From the NCBI GenBank assembly GCA_034667965.1, contig JAXDQI010000256.1:6958-70957 (forward strand): a stretch of 64,000 bases of DNA, written 5' to 3'. This DNA is from Gammaproteobacteria bacterium. GTDB lineage: Bacteria > Pseudomonadota > Gammaproteobacteria > Steroidobacterales > Steroidobacteraceae. The stretch's first letter is position 1. Each line of letters starts with the position of its first letter. Shown piece after piece: positions 1-9,900 of this stretch. The position numbers and the translations under genes were made by a program. Under the pieces are notes generated by a model. It did not search any database. It was not told where the DNA came from and worked only from the letters and a program-made list of their open reading frames with translations.

Positions 1-93
1 CGGCGCATTCCGCCATTCCGCGAAACCTTGAGCTACGTGCCCAATGTCCTCAAGGTTTATCAGCACCTGATCGATCAAGCGCACGCGGGCTGA
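1..93 (+). CDS. 3' end of an upstream CDS (partial), possibly a lytic-transglycosylase-type protein
   Basis: Frame 1 is open from the window edge to TGA at 91-93 (...RRIPPFRETLSYVPNVLKVYQHLIDQAHAG*). The 'ET.xYVPxVL' pattern resembles the C-terminal end of SLT-domain enzymes. Only 30 aa are visible. Confidence 0.3.
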   Translation, partial: RRIPPFRETLSYVPNVLKVYQHLIDQAHAG

Positions 94-433
94 CGCTGCG
101 TCGAGCCGCCGCGTTCGCGGGGCTTGCAAATCAAGTGATTCCTGGTTCGATTCCTCGTCGACGCGTGTCCGCTTGCTATAACGCAGCGCTGATTCGACAT
201 AAGGCGGCGCCGCGCGTGTTCCGCGTCACGCGACTACGGTAGTTCCTACTCTTCGACTGCGCAGTTGCCTCCCACATCTCGCTCATCAGGTGAGTCATCG
301 TATGACCGTCAACCTGACCTTAATAATTTATCGGCGATGGGATGGATAAAAAAATTTCAAACATCCGGCGAGTCGATCGGCAACAACGGATCGGCAGTGC
401 GATGAGAGTCAACGCGATGATGGAGAACCCGAC
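94..433 (+). promoter_or_regulatory. Non-coding leader/promoter region upstream of the MCO operon
   Basis: 340 bp without a credible ORF, containing a locally AT-rich stretch (about 318-365, ttaataatttatcgg...ataaaaaaatttcaaa) in an otherwise GC-rich context. No consensus promoter could be assigned by eye. Confidence 0.25.
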
Positions 434-2269
434 ATGAAGAGCATACCTCGCCTTCTTTACGTACTGCCCGTGCTCGGGCTGCTGCTGGGAGCATTGGACG
501 CGCAGGCGCAAAACTTCCGCGTGCAGTGCCCAACCAGCACACCGTTCCACCCCGATGGCAGCAACATCAAGTGCCAGCAAATCGCGGGCGGCGACGGTTA
601 CGCCACCATGGGCGACGGGTCGACCACCTACCTGTTCGGCTTCGGGCCGCTGTCGGGTCTCCCGGACATCTACAAGGGATTGCCGGGAACGCAGGTGAAC
701 AGCGTGTTCAACACGACGTTCGGTCCGGTGACCGGTACGCCGAGCAGCCTGGTGGGCATGCCGGACGGCAATTTCGCCTACGACACCGCATTCAATGGCG
801 GGCCCTTCTTGGGCGCCATCGGCCTCACCGAGGACTACGGTCTCGACCCCTGGGCCGCCGGATTGGTGTACCTCAAAGGCGCGACCGTCCGTACCGCATC
901 GGGAATCTATAGCGCGACGAGCGACGGGACGTCCGGCGCCAATACTCCGGTCGGCACAGGCACCTTCTTCGACGGCGGCGTCCATTGGGCCTATCAGGGC
1001 ACACTGCTCGACGGCCACGTCGACGCCCGGCCCATCATGGATGTGGGCGTCATGAACGCCAACCAGCCGGCGCCGTTGATCGCCATCGACGAGGACGACG
1101 AGTTGTTCCTGACGCTCACCAACGTCGGCATGATCATGCGTCCCGACCTGTTCGAACAGCACACGGTCCACTTTCACGGCTACCCGAACGCTTCCGCCTT
1201 CTACGACGGTGTTCCCGACGCCTCGATCGCCATCAACGTCGGCGGCAGCTTCACCTACTACTACCTCGCGCCCGACGCGGGCACCTACTTCTGGCACTGT
1301 CACATTGCGCCGCCCGAGCATTTGCAAATGGGCATGGTCGGTCAGCTCTACGTGCGGCCGCGGCAGAACCGGGTGGCGGCGGGGGCATCGCTGTACACGG
1401 CGCTGAGCCAATGGGAAACGGGCCCGGCGATGAAGTCGAATCCCGTAAATTTTGCCGATTGGCAGACGTATGAGAACGTGCGCAAGCGTTGCGGCACGAA
1501 CGTCGCGGCGAACATTCCGGCGGACATTCTTTGCACCACGCCGCTGCCCACGAACACGGCTGCGACGCGCGCACCCACGGGCAAGTATGCCTACAACGAC
1601 GGCGACGGCACGACCTACTACGACGTCGAATACCCGATTCAGATACACGGCTTCGACCCGAATTTCCACTTCGTCGGCATGACCTTCAATCCGGAGTCGT
1701 TCAACGACATGAAGGACAAGTACTTCATGCTGAACGGCCGCAGCTATCCCGACACGGTGGGCGGCCACGTGTGCGTGACCAATGACCCGCTACCGGCGTG
1801 CTCCGGTTCACAGGCCGTTACGGTCGGCGGCGTCAAGATAGCCCCGGGTCCGATGGAGACCCAGTCGACGGACGGTACCAACCACGCCTCGCAGCCGCTG
1901 CCGACGGTGATCAACATTCCCGCCGACGGCCACGCGCTGCTGCGCATTTCGGATCTCGACGTCAGTGAGTACCAAACCCTCGCGTCGCTCGGCATACCGA
2001 TGCGGGTGGTCGGCCTCAACGCGCGCCTGCTGCGCGACATGGCCGGCAACAACATGGCTTACAACACGAATTCGATCACGCTCGCGGGCGGTGAATCGAT
2101 CGACGTCATCCTGGACGCGACCGGTCTGCAGCCGCGCCAGAAGTTCTTTCTGTACACACCCAACCTCGATCACCTGTCGAATGACGCCGAGAACTTCGGC
2201 GGTCTCATGACCGAGGTCAACATTTGTAGCTCGGTCGACCCCCAGACCAAAGCTTGCACGAACATCTAG
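434..2269 (+). CDS. Secreted multicopper oxidase paralogue 1 (carries the type-1 Cu site plus two HxH pairs)
   Basis: 611-aa ORF with a Sec-type signal peptide (MKSIPRLLYVLPVLGLLLGALDAQAQ). It has cupredoxin motifs HTVHFHG (nt 1160-1180) and WHCHIAPPEHLQMGM (nt 1292-1336). The C-terminal 'LNGRSYPD...' region is MCO-domain-2-like and has no Cu ligands. Confidence 0.85.
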   Translation: MKSIPRLLYVLPVLGLLLGALDAQAQNFRVQCPTSTPFHPDGSNIKCQQIAGGDGYATMGDGSTTYLFGFGPLSGLPDIYKGLPGTQVNSVFNTTFGPVTGTPSSLVGMPDGNFAYDTAFNGGPFLGAIGLTEDYGLDPWAAGLVYLKGATVRTASGIYSATSDGTSGANTPVGTGTFFDGGVHWAYQGTLLDGHVDARPIMDVGVMNANQPAPLIAIDEDDELFLTLTNVGMIMRPDLFEQHTVHFHGYPNASAFYDGVPDASIAINVGGSFTYYYLAPDAGTYFWHCHIAPPEHLQMGMVGQLYVRPRQNRVAAGASLYTALSQWETGPAMKSNPVNFADWQTYENVRKRCGTNVAANIPADILCTTPLPTNTAATRAPTGKYAYNDGDGTTYYDVEYPIQIHGFDPNFHFVGMTFNPESFNDMKDKYFMLNGRSYPDTVGGHVCVTNDPLPACSGSQAVTVGGVKIAPGPMETQSTDGTNHASQPLPTVINIPADGHALLRISDLDVSEYQTLASLGIPMRVVGLNARLLRDMAGNNMAYNTNSITLAGGESIDVILDATGLQPRQKFFLYTPNLDHLSNDAENFGGLMTEVNICSSVDPQTKACTNI

Positions 2270-2279
2270 GAGAGCGGCG

Positions 2280-3935
2280 ATGCGCGCTATGAATACTAAG
2301 TCACTGCTCGGGCAGGTCCTGCAAGGCGCAACGGTCGCCCTCGGGTCGATGCTCGCACTGTCCGCGCATGCGGCGGCACCCGGCATCACCGGGGCCTCCA
2401 ACGCGCCGGTCTTCAACCTGAACGCGGCGGCGATGCGCGTCACGCAGCCAAACGGCAAGAGCTTGTACTCTTGGGGCTACGGGTGCACCTCGACCACGGG
2501 CAATAGTTTCGCGCCCGCCTCGGTGCGGGGCGCCAACTGTCCGGCGGCGCAGCTGCCGGGACCCACCTTGATCGTCACCGAAGGCGACACGGTGACCGTC
2601 AATCTCACCAACGGACTGCCTGCAGCCGCGGGCGGCACGTCGATTCTCTTCCCCGGCTTCCAAGTGGCGACGTCGGGCGGCACCACGGGATTGCTGACTC
2701 AAGAGGCGCCGAGCCTGGCCTCGTGCGTCACCGGGGGCTGCAATACCGTGAAATACACCTTCACCGCCTCGACGCCGGGTACGCACTCCTACTACAGCGG
2801 AACCCAGGGCGACCTGCAGGTTGAGATGGGGATGTACGGCGCGCTCATCGTCCTGCCGAAAACCGTGCCGAGCAATTGCATTACCGGTGTCCTCGCCGCG
2901 AACAACGTCATTGCCGAAACGACCTCCGGGGAAAGCGATTTCCGTTTGGCGAAAGCGGCCTACGACCACCCGTCCACCTGCTACGACCGGGAATATCTGT
3001 TCCAGTTCTCCGAGATGGACGACAACATCCATAGTCAAGCCGAGGCGCAGGTTCTGGCCGATCAGCTGAAGGCCGTCGGTTCGCAATGCACGAACCCCAC
3101 GGGTTGCCTGGTGGTTGCCACCGAGCCTTATCTGCCGGACTACTACTTGGTCAACGGTCGTTCGATGCCGGACGACATGGACCCGAACTACATACCCATG
3201 TACCCGAATCAGCCGTACAACGGCAATCCGCACATGCATCCCGGCGAGCAGACGCTGGTGCGCATCATCGGCCAGGGCCGATGGCAGCATCCCTTCCACG
3301 AACACGCCAATCACGTGCGAGTGCTGGCCCGCGACGGCAATCTGTTGCTGAGCCCGCCGACGAATCCCAGCGATCCGACCAGCACGCTGCCCGCGGGTCC
3401 GCTCATGTTCACCACCACCACCACGCCGGGCATGACCATGGACGGCATCTTCTATTGGACGGGCCGGGGCCTCAATTGGGACGTGTTCGGGCATGACCCG
3501 TCGCTGGTCGATTCCAACACGAAGAAGCCCTTCGTTTGCGTCCCCGACACCAACGGCTATTTCACCAGCGACCCGACCGCGCCGAACTACTACGAGTGGT
3601 GCGGCGATCACAACAAGGCGCTCGAGAAGCATCCCTTCGGGCAGGTGGCCGCCGGCGGGCCGGTGACCTTGCCGGATCCGAACATCGTCGCGAACGGCAA
3701 CTGGTACGGCGGCAGCCCATACCTCGGAGGCGAAGCCACCGTTCGCGCGGTGGGCGGGACGCCAATCCCTCCCGCCGGCACCGTCGCCAATTCGCCTTCC
3801 GGCGAGGCGGGCTTCGCTTACATGTGGCACTCGCATAACGAGCGCGAGATCACGACGTCCAACGTTTTTCCGGGCGGGATGATGATGATGATGCTCGTCG
3901 ATCCACGTAGTTTCGCGATCGACGAAACGAATTGA
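2280..3935 (+). CDS. Secreted multicopper oxidase paralogue 2 (two HxH pairs, no type-1 Cys)
   Basis: 551-aa ORF starting 11 nt after MCO1, with a signal peptide (...GSMLALSAHAAAPG). The N-terminal cupredoxin-like domain lacks HxH (TSILFPGF, GTHSYYSG at the usual motif positions). The C-terminal domain has WQHPFHEH (nt 3282-3305), WHSH (nt 3825-3836) and then GGMMMMM. Confidence 0.85.
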   Translation: MRAMNTKSLLGQVLQGATVALGSMLALSAHAAAPGITGASNAPVFNLNAAAMRVTQPNGKSLYSWGYGCTSTTGNSFAPASVRGANCPAAQLPGPTLIVTEGDTVTVNLTNGLPAAAGGTSILFPGFQVATSGGTTGLLTQEAPSLASCVTGGCNTVKYTFTASTPGTHSYYSGTQGDLQVEMGMYGALIVLPKTVPSNCITGVLAANNVIAETTSGESDFRLAKAAYDHPSTCYDREYLFQFSEMDDNIHSQAEAQVLADQLKAVGSQCTNPTGCLVVATEPYLPDYYLVNGRSMPDDMDPNYIPMYPNQPYNGNPHMHPGEQTLVRIIGQGRWQHPFHEHANHVRVLARDGNLLLSPPTNPSDPTSTLPAGPLMFTTTTTPGMTMDGIFYWTGRGLNWDVFGHDPSLVDSNTKKPFVCVPDTNGYFTSDPTAPNYYEWCGDHNKALEKHPFGQVAAGGPVTLPDPNIVANGNWYGGSPYLGGEATVRAVGGTPIPPAGTVANSPSGEAGFAYMWHSHNEREITTSNVFPGGMMMMMLVDPRSFAIDETN

Positions 3936-3952
3936 TATTCAGGAGAATCTAG

Positions 3953-6900
3953 ATGCACCTCTTTACATCCAAGACGAGCCGGCTGATCCCTGGATTGGCG
4001 GCTTTGGCTCTCCTGCTGACAGCGAATGCGTCGCAGGCGCAAACGGTCAATCTGACCGCCGCGCCCACCAGCACCACCTTGCCCGACGGGCAAAGTGTGC
4101 CCATGTGGGGATACCATTGCACTGACGCGGGCAGCAATGGCGCGACCTGCGCAGCGGCCAACCCGGCCGTGCAGACGGCCGGAACGGGCTGGTCGCCGAT
4201 CGTGATCACCGTGCCCTATGTGGGCACCGCCACGGCCTCGAGCACCAACCTCACGATCAGCCTCACCAACAACCTGACGTTCGCCGGCGGCAAGATTCCC
4301 ACGTCGCTTACCATCGTCGGTCAGTTGGGCGGCGGCCTCGGCGGCGGCGGCACCACCAGTGTGAGCCCGGTGCATGCCGGTCAGGGAGTTACGTGGCCCG
4401 CCGCGGATCCGACCACGACGTCGACGCCGCCGGCACAGATGCCGCGCGTGCAGTCCTTCGGCACCGAAGTGGCGGTTGGCGCGACGACTGCGCTCACCTG
4501 GAACAAGCTGCGGCCCGGCACCTATTTGATCGAGTCGGGAACACACCCCTCGATTCAAGCCCCCATGGGCCTGTACGGCATTCTGGTCGTCACCACCACC
4601 TCGACCACCCCGGCTCAGGCGTATCCCACGGTCGCGGGTCTGCCCGTCACCGCGCTTGCGGTTTCTCAATATGACGCGGACCTGCCGCTGGTGCTCAGTG
4701 AAATCGATCCGGTGCAGAACGCATCAGTCGCCACCGCGGTCGCCACGACCGGCTTCTTGGAGACGACGGTGTGGAGCGGCCTGCCGGGAAAATGCGGCAA
4801 TCCGCTGAAGGCGGATGGGACCGCCAACGCGAGCTTCAACACCTGCTATCCGCCGGCCGTGAATTACAGCCCGCGCTACTATCTCGTCAACGGCGTGTCG
4901 TTCGATCGGACCAAGATTGCGTCCTCCACGGCCCAGATCCTCCCGCTGCCCGCCACCGTGTCCACGGGCAACGTCATTCTGCGCTTCGCCAACGCGGGTC
5001 TGCGCATGCACATTCCCGCGGTCGTCAACCAGCCGATGACATTGATCGCCGAAGACGGCAACCCGTTGCCCGGTCAGCCGCGCATCCAGAACGAAGTCTT
5101 CATGGCCGCCGGTAAGACGTACGACGTCGAAGTGAAGCCCACGCAGACCTCGGGCGCGTACAGCGCCGCGACGCTCGCGCTCTTCGACCGTCAGTTGAGT
5201 CTCTCCACCAACAATCAGCGCGACGGCGGCATGCAGGCGTACATCGGCGTGGCCGGCGGCGCGACGACGGGTGCCGGGTCCGTCGGGTCCGGCGTGGCCC
5301 TGGGCGGCGTCGCCGCCAAGACTTTCTACTGCGTTTCCGGCACGACGTTGTCCGTGACCGACCCCACCAGCGGATTGTTGGGCGGGACCACCGGTGCGAA
5401 CGGCGTAGCCGCCACTCCGCCCCTCCTGGCCGGCTTGACCATTCAGTCGAACGGTACGTTCACCTATGTTCCGCCGGCCACCGGCGCCTGCGGCGGCAGC
5501 TTCACTTATCTCGTCAACAATTCGCAGTCGGTCACGTCGACCATCGCGCAGTGCGATGCCACCAGCAGTACCGCGACAGGCTGCACGGTGAGCGGCCAGG
5601 CGACCTTGGTCAACGACACCTTCACCGGCACCAACGCCAAGGTATTGGCCATCAGTCCGCCGGGCGTGCTGCTAAACGACATCAATCCCGACGGCCGTCC
5701 GCTGAGCGTGGATCCCGCTACGGTGCAGTCGAGCGGATTGGTGAGCCTCGCCGTCAGTGCGGACGGATCGTTCACAGCCGTGGCGCCCGCCGCGGGCACG
5801 TATACGTTTACCTATAACGTCACGAATTCCCAGCATACGAAGGGCATCGCGCCTGCGACGGTCACGCTGAACTTCCCCCAGGGCTCGGGGCTGAAGGTCA
5901 AATTGGTTGACCAGAAGCATCAGACGGACCCGACGTGGGACCTCGCCGACGCGACCAAGAAGGGCGATTACCGCTGGATCATCGAAGAGGATCGCACCTT
6001 CTGGATCGATCCGAAGTGTCAGGTCAACAGCGCCACGCGACCGAAGGATTCTTACGGCCGCGCCTGCCCGCCGACACCGGTCGAGGCACTGGGCTACAAC
6101 TTCCACACGGCTTCCATGCCGGTGGTGGCCACCGGCTGCGTCGGCAGCATCTCTTGCGAATCGGGGCAGACGGTTTTGGGCGTGGCCGCGGTTTGCGATG
6201 TGGGTGACGGCACCTGCCGCACTGACGCTACGCAGCGCACTGAGTTGACGCCGGATCAGGTGCACCTCGATCCCAACAAGCACTACTTCATCTCCATCAT
6301 GCCGGCCGACGGCATCAACCCGACCGTCAACGGTGCGGGCGGCCCGGTGCAGGTCAATGCGACTTGCGATCCGACCACGACGAACTGCGCCATGCGCCAG
6401 TTCGACGCCACGAAGGATTGTCCGACCCCCGCCGACTTTGCGCCGGGTAGCGGAGCGTGTGGCCACAACATGGGCGGCACGCAGATCGGACCGCAATTCC
6501 TGGCGGACGGCACGCCGACCCCCCCGTCGGTCACCATCTCGCTGGTGGAGACGCCGCTGCCTTCGGCGAAGATCGCGGTGTTGGTGTACGAGGATGACTA
6601 TCCTCTCAATGGCGAGAACGATGCCGGCGGCGGCGTCGACATACTGGCGCCGAATGAAGCCGGTCTCGGCGGCTTCCAGATCGAACTTCTGGACCAAGCC
6701 GGCGCCCTCGGCGACTCCACCGGGCAGATCACCTACGACATGTTCAACATGCCGGTGAGCAATGCGCTGGCCGGCACGCCCGATCCCAACAATCACATGC
6801 AGGACGCGTGCCCGCTCACCTCGAATCCCGACAACCTCGTCGGCAGAATCATCACCTGCCCAACCTACGAAGCCGACGGCACGACCCTGTCGCCGCTCGC

Positions 6901-9900
6901 CGGACAGGCGGTGATCGCGAATCTATACCCCGGCCTCTACGAGCCCCAAGCGTTCCCGGATGCCGACCGCATCGCTCGCGGTGAGGAATGGCTGCAGACC
7001 AACACACTCGACGGCGGCAAACCGCACGAGGCCTTCATCCGACCGGGCGAACCCGCCTACTTCCAGGAATTTGGCCCGGGTGGTTTCCACGTCCAGATCG
7101 GCTTCGCCAACCCGAAGATCATCAACGATCGGCGTCACAACTTGGCCGGCACCGGCATCTGCGATGCGGTCGCCACCGGCGGCGGCGGTTTGGCGTGCAA
7201 ATCGAGCATTTCCGGCCAGGTGCACGGCAACCATATGAGCCGTACGCCGGACGAACGCACCTATGACACGGGCAGCTACGACGCGTTTGCGTTCTCGGCC
7301 TGCTACGTGTCCGTCGGAGTTCCCGATGAACAGGACTTCGCCTTCGCGAAGTGCGATGCCGAGGGCAACTACTCGATGACGGGTCTGCCTAATGGCACGT
7401 ACAAACTGGCGGTGTTCGACCAGTGGAACGACATCATGCTCGACGGCCTCATCACCAGTGTGGTCGTCAACGGCAACACCGTCGTCAATCCGACAGCGAC
7501 CCAGTGGCGCACCAATATCTATACGCGCACTTATCTCGACTTGAACGGCAACGGCATCCCGGATCGTACGTGCGATGCCAATGGCAACTGCACCGATCTT
7601 GAACCCGGCGCCCCGTTGCTTCCCATACAGGTCCGTTATCGCGACGGCAGCATCGGCTTCAAGAACAACACCGACTTGAATGGTTACGCCACGTACAACG
7701 AGGTGTTCCCCTTCATGAACTGGCTGGTGGTCGAACCCGATCAGACCCGTTACAAGCCCACCGGCGAACACGTGGTCTATGACGCCGGCGGTCCGGACGA
7801 TTGCACCACGGGGGCGGCCAAGTGCTCCAACACCGCTGCGCACCTGGCGGGCACTCAGGAATTGGTTTCCCTGCCGTTGGACCTGCGTGTGCCGGGCGCC
7901 GTGTATTGCACGGATGCCGACTGCAGCGACCCCAACGAGTCGATTCTGCTGGGCGCATACAACACCAAGACGGTCGACACCAGCAAGAATCACAACATCA
8001 CCGCCGGGCTCTCCAGCGGCCGCATCGACCCGCCGTGGCATTCCGAAGGCTGGCAGGGCCTGCTGGGCCAGCACAGCTTCATCGACTTCGGCATGAAGCC
8101 CTTCGCTGCGCATGAGAACGGCGGAATCCAGGGTCTGGTCGTGTACTACTCGACCCGCCCCTTCGACGACCCGTCGCTCGACGTGCAGCTGGTATGGGAA
8201 CCGGGCGTGCCGAACGTGCAGATCAATCTGTACCAGGAAGGCACCGCGCCGGACGGTACGACGACGCTGACGCTGGTGGACACGACTCAGACCACGAGCT
8301 GGGACAAGTGGGCCCAGGGTTTCCAAACCGACGGTCACGGTAATCTGCGTAAGCTCGCCGACGGCAGCTACGTGCCCAACATGAACTGCCCGGGCCAGGA
8401 TCCGACCAGCGGCTTCTTTGCGACCCTGCAGGGCAGCAAGATGTGGCTGGACACGGCGGACTCCACCGGCAACAAGAAGCAGCTGGCCTACAACTCGCAA
8501 TTCAAATGCTATGACGGTTGGTCCCAGTTGAACCAGATCGTACCCGCACCGTACGACGGCAAGTACACGTTCCCGAGCACCGTCGAACTCGATCCGGTCA
8601 CCGGCCGTCCCGCAGGCTTAGGTTCGCTCAACGGCATCGCTACACCGTTGATCGGCACCAACTGCAACATCTGTGTCGCCAATCCCGACGACGGCACTCC
8701 GATGCTGCCCGCCGGCAAGTATGTGGTCGAGGCGGTCATGCCCACCGGCTTCGAGATCGTCAAGGAAGAAGACAAGAACATCCTCATGGGCGACATCTAC
8801 ATTGCGCCCGTCTCGCAGCAGTTCGCGGGTCTGGGCAACGTCTTCATCCTGCCCGACCAGGCGGCGGTCAACGCGTACTACAATGCGAACAATCCGCTCA
8901 ATTCGACCACCAACTTAGGCGTGTTGAACCCGCGCGAGGATTTTGCGAGCACGGATCAGATGTGGCCCTGCGTCGGTAAGACGCGCATCGTGCCGGATAC
9001 CATGAGCCTGTTCCCCACCGTCGGCCAGACGGCACCGTTCGCCGGCGCCTCGCGGCCGCTGTGCGACCGCAAGGAAGTTTCCCTGACCGATCAGACGGGA
9101 GTGAGCGCGCGGTTCTACGCGTTCACCAAGAACCATATCGCCGGCCACTTCGTCGGCGGCATGACCAACGACATGGCCTCGGAGTTCGACCCGTTCTCGC
9201 CGCAATTCGGTGAGAAGTTCGGTGTCCCGAACCTTCCCATCCGCATGCGCGACTTCATGGGCGACGAAGTGACCCGGGTGTACGGCGACCAGTGGGGCGC
9301 CTACAACGGACTTTACTTCTCGAGCTGGGAAGTCAATCCGCCGAACCCCACCGGCTATGCGCCGCAGATGTCGGTGGCTTGCATGAACGATCCGGGTCCG
9401 ATCCTGGATGCCGATCCGACGTCGCCCACGCATGGGCAGATGATCACCGACCCGGCGTACAACCCGGCGTACAGCAACTTCTGCTACGAGACGCCGTTCA
9501 TGCCGGGCTTCACCGCCTACATGGATACGCCGGTCACTCCGACGCAGGCCTTCGCGGACCACTACAATCTGCCGGACGCGGAATATCCCGACGGTACGCC
9601 GGTCATCAAGCGCGCCGACTTCACGGGCAACGGCTTCGGCGCGGGCGGCGCCGGCCCCTGGGCGCCCGGTACTGCCGGTATCGGCAGCATCACGGTCACC
9701 AACACGGGCAGCTACACCGCGGTTCCCACCGTCGGCTTCAACGGCGGCGGCGGCAGCGGTGCCGCGGCCAGCCCGCTCATGAGCATCGGTCAGCTGAATC
9801 TGGTCAGCGCCAGCGGCTCGTACACCAACATCGCGACACCGACTGCCACCTTCTCGGCGCCGCCGTGCACCATCAACGGCACCACCTGCGTACGGGCCGT

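Noticed and set aside
320-1768. 482-aa minus-strand ORF overlapping MCO1, and the similar 2301-3836 ORF overlapping MCO2.
   Set aside because: The plus-strand frames carry signal peptides and canonical copper-binding motifs. The antisense products are Arg/Val/Gly-rich with no motifs, which is typical of high-GC frame shadows.
434-3935. Interpreting the two MCOs as a CopA/PcoA copper-resistance determinant.
   Set aside because: No CopB/PcoB, CopC/D or CusRS/CopRS-type genes are adjacent. The signal peptides are not twin-arginine type. The ligand sets are incomplete in each protein. The neighbours are secretion and scaffold genes rather than copper-efflux functions.
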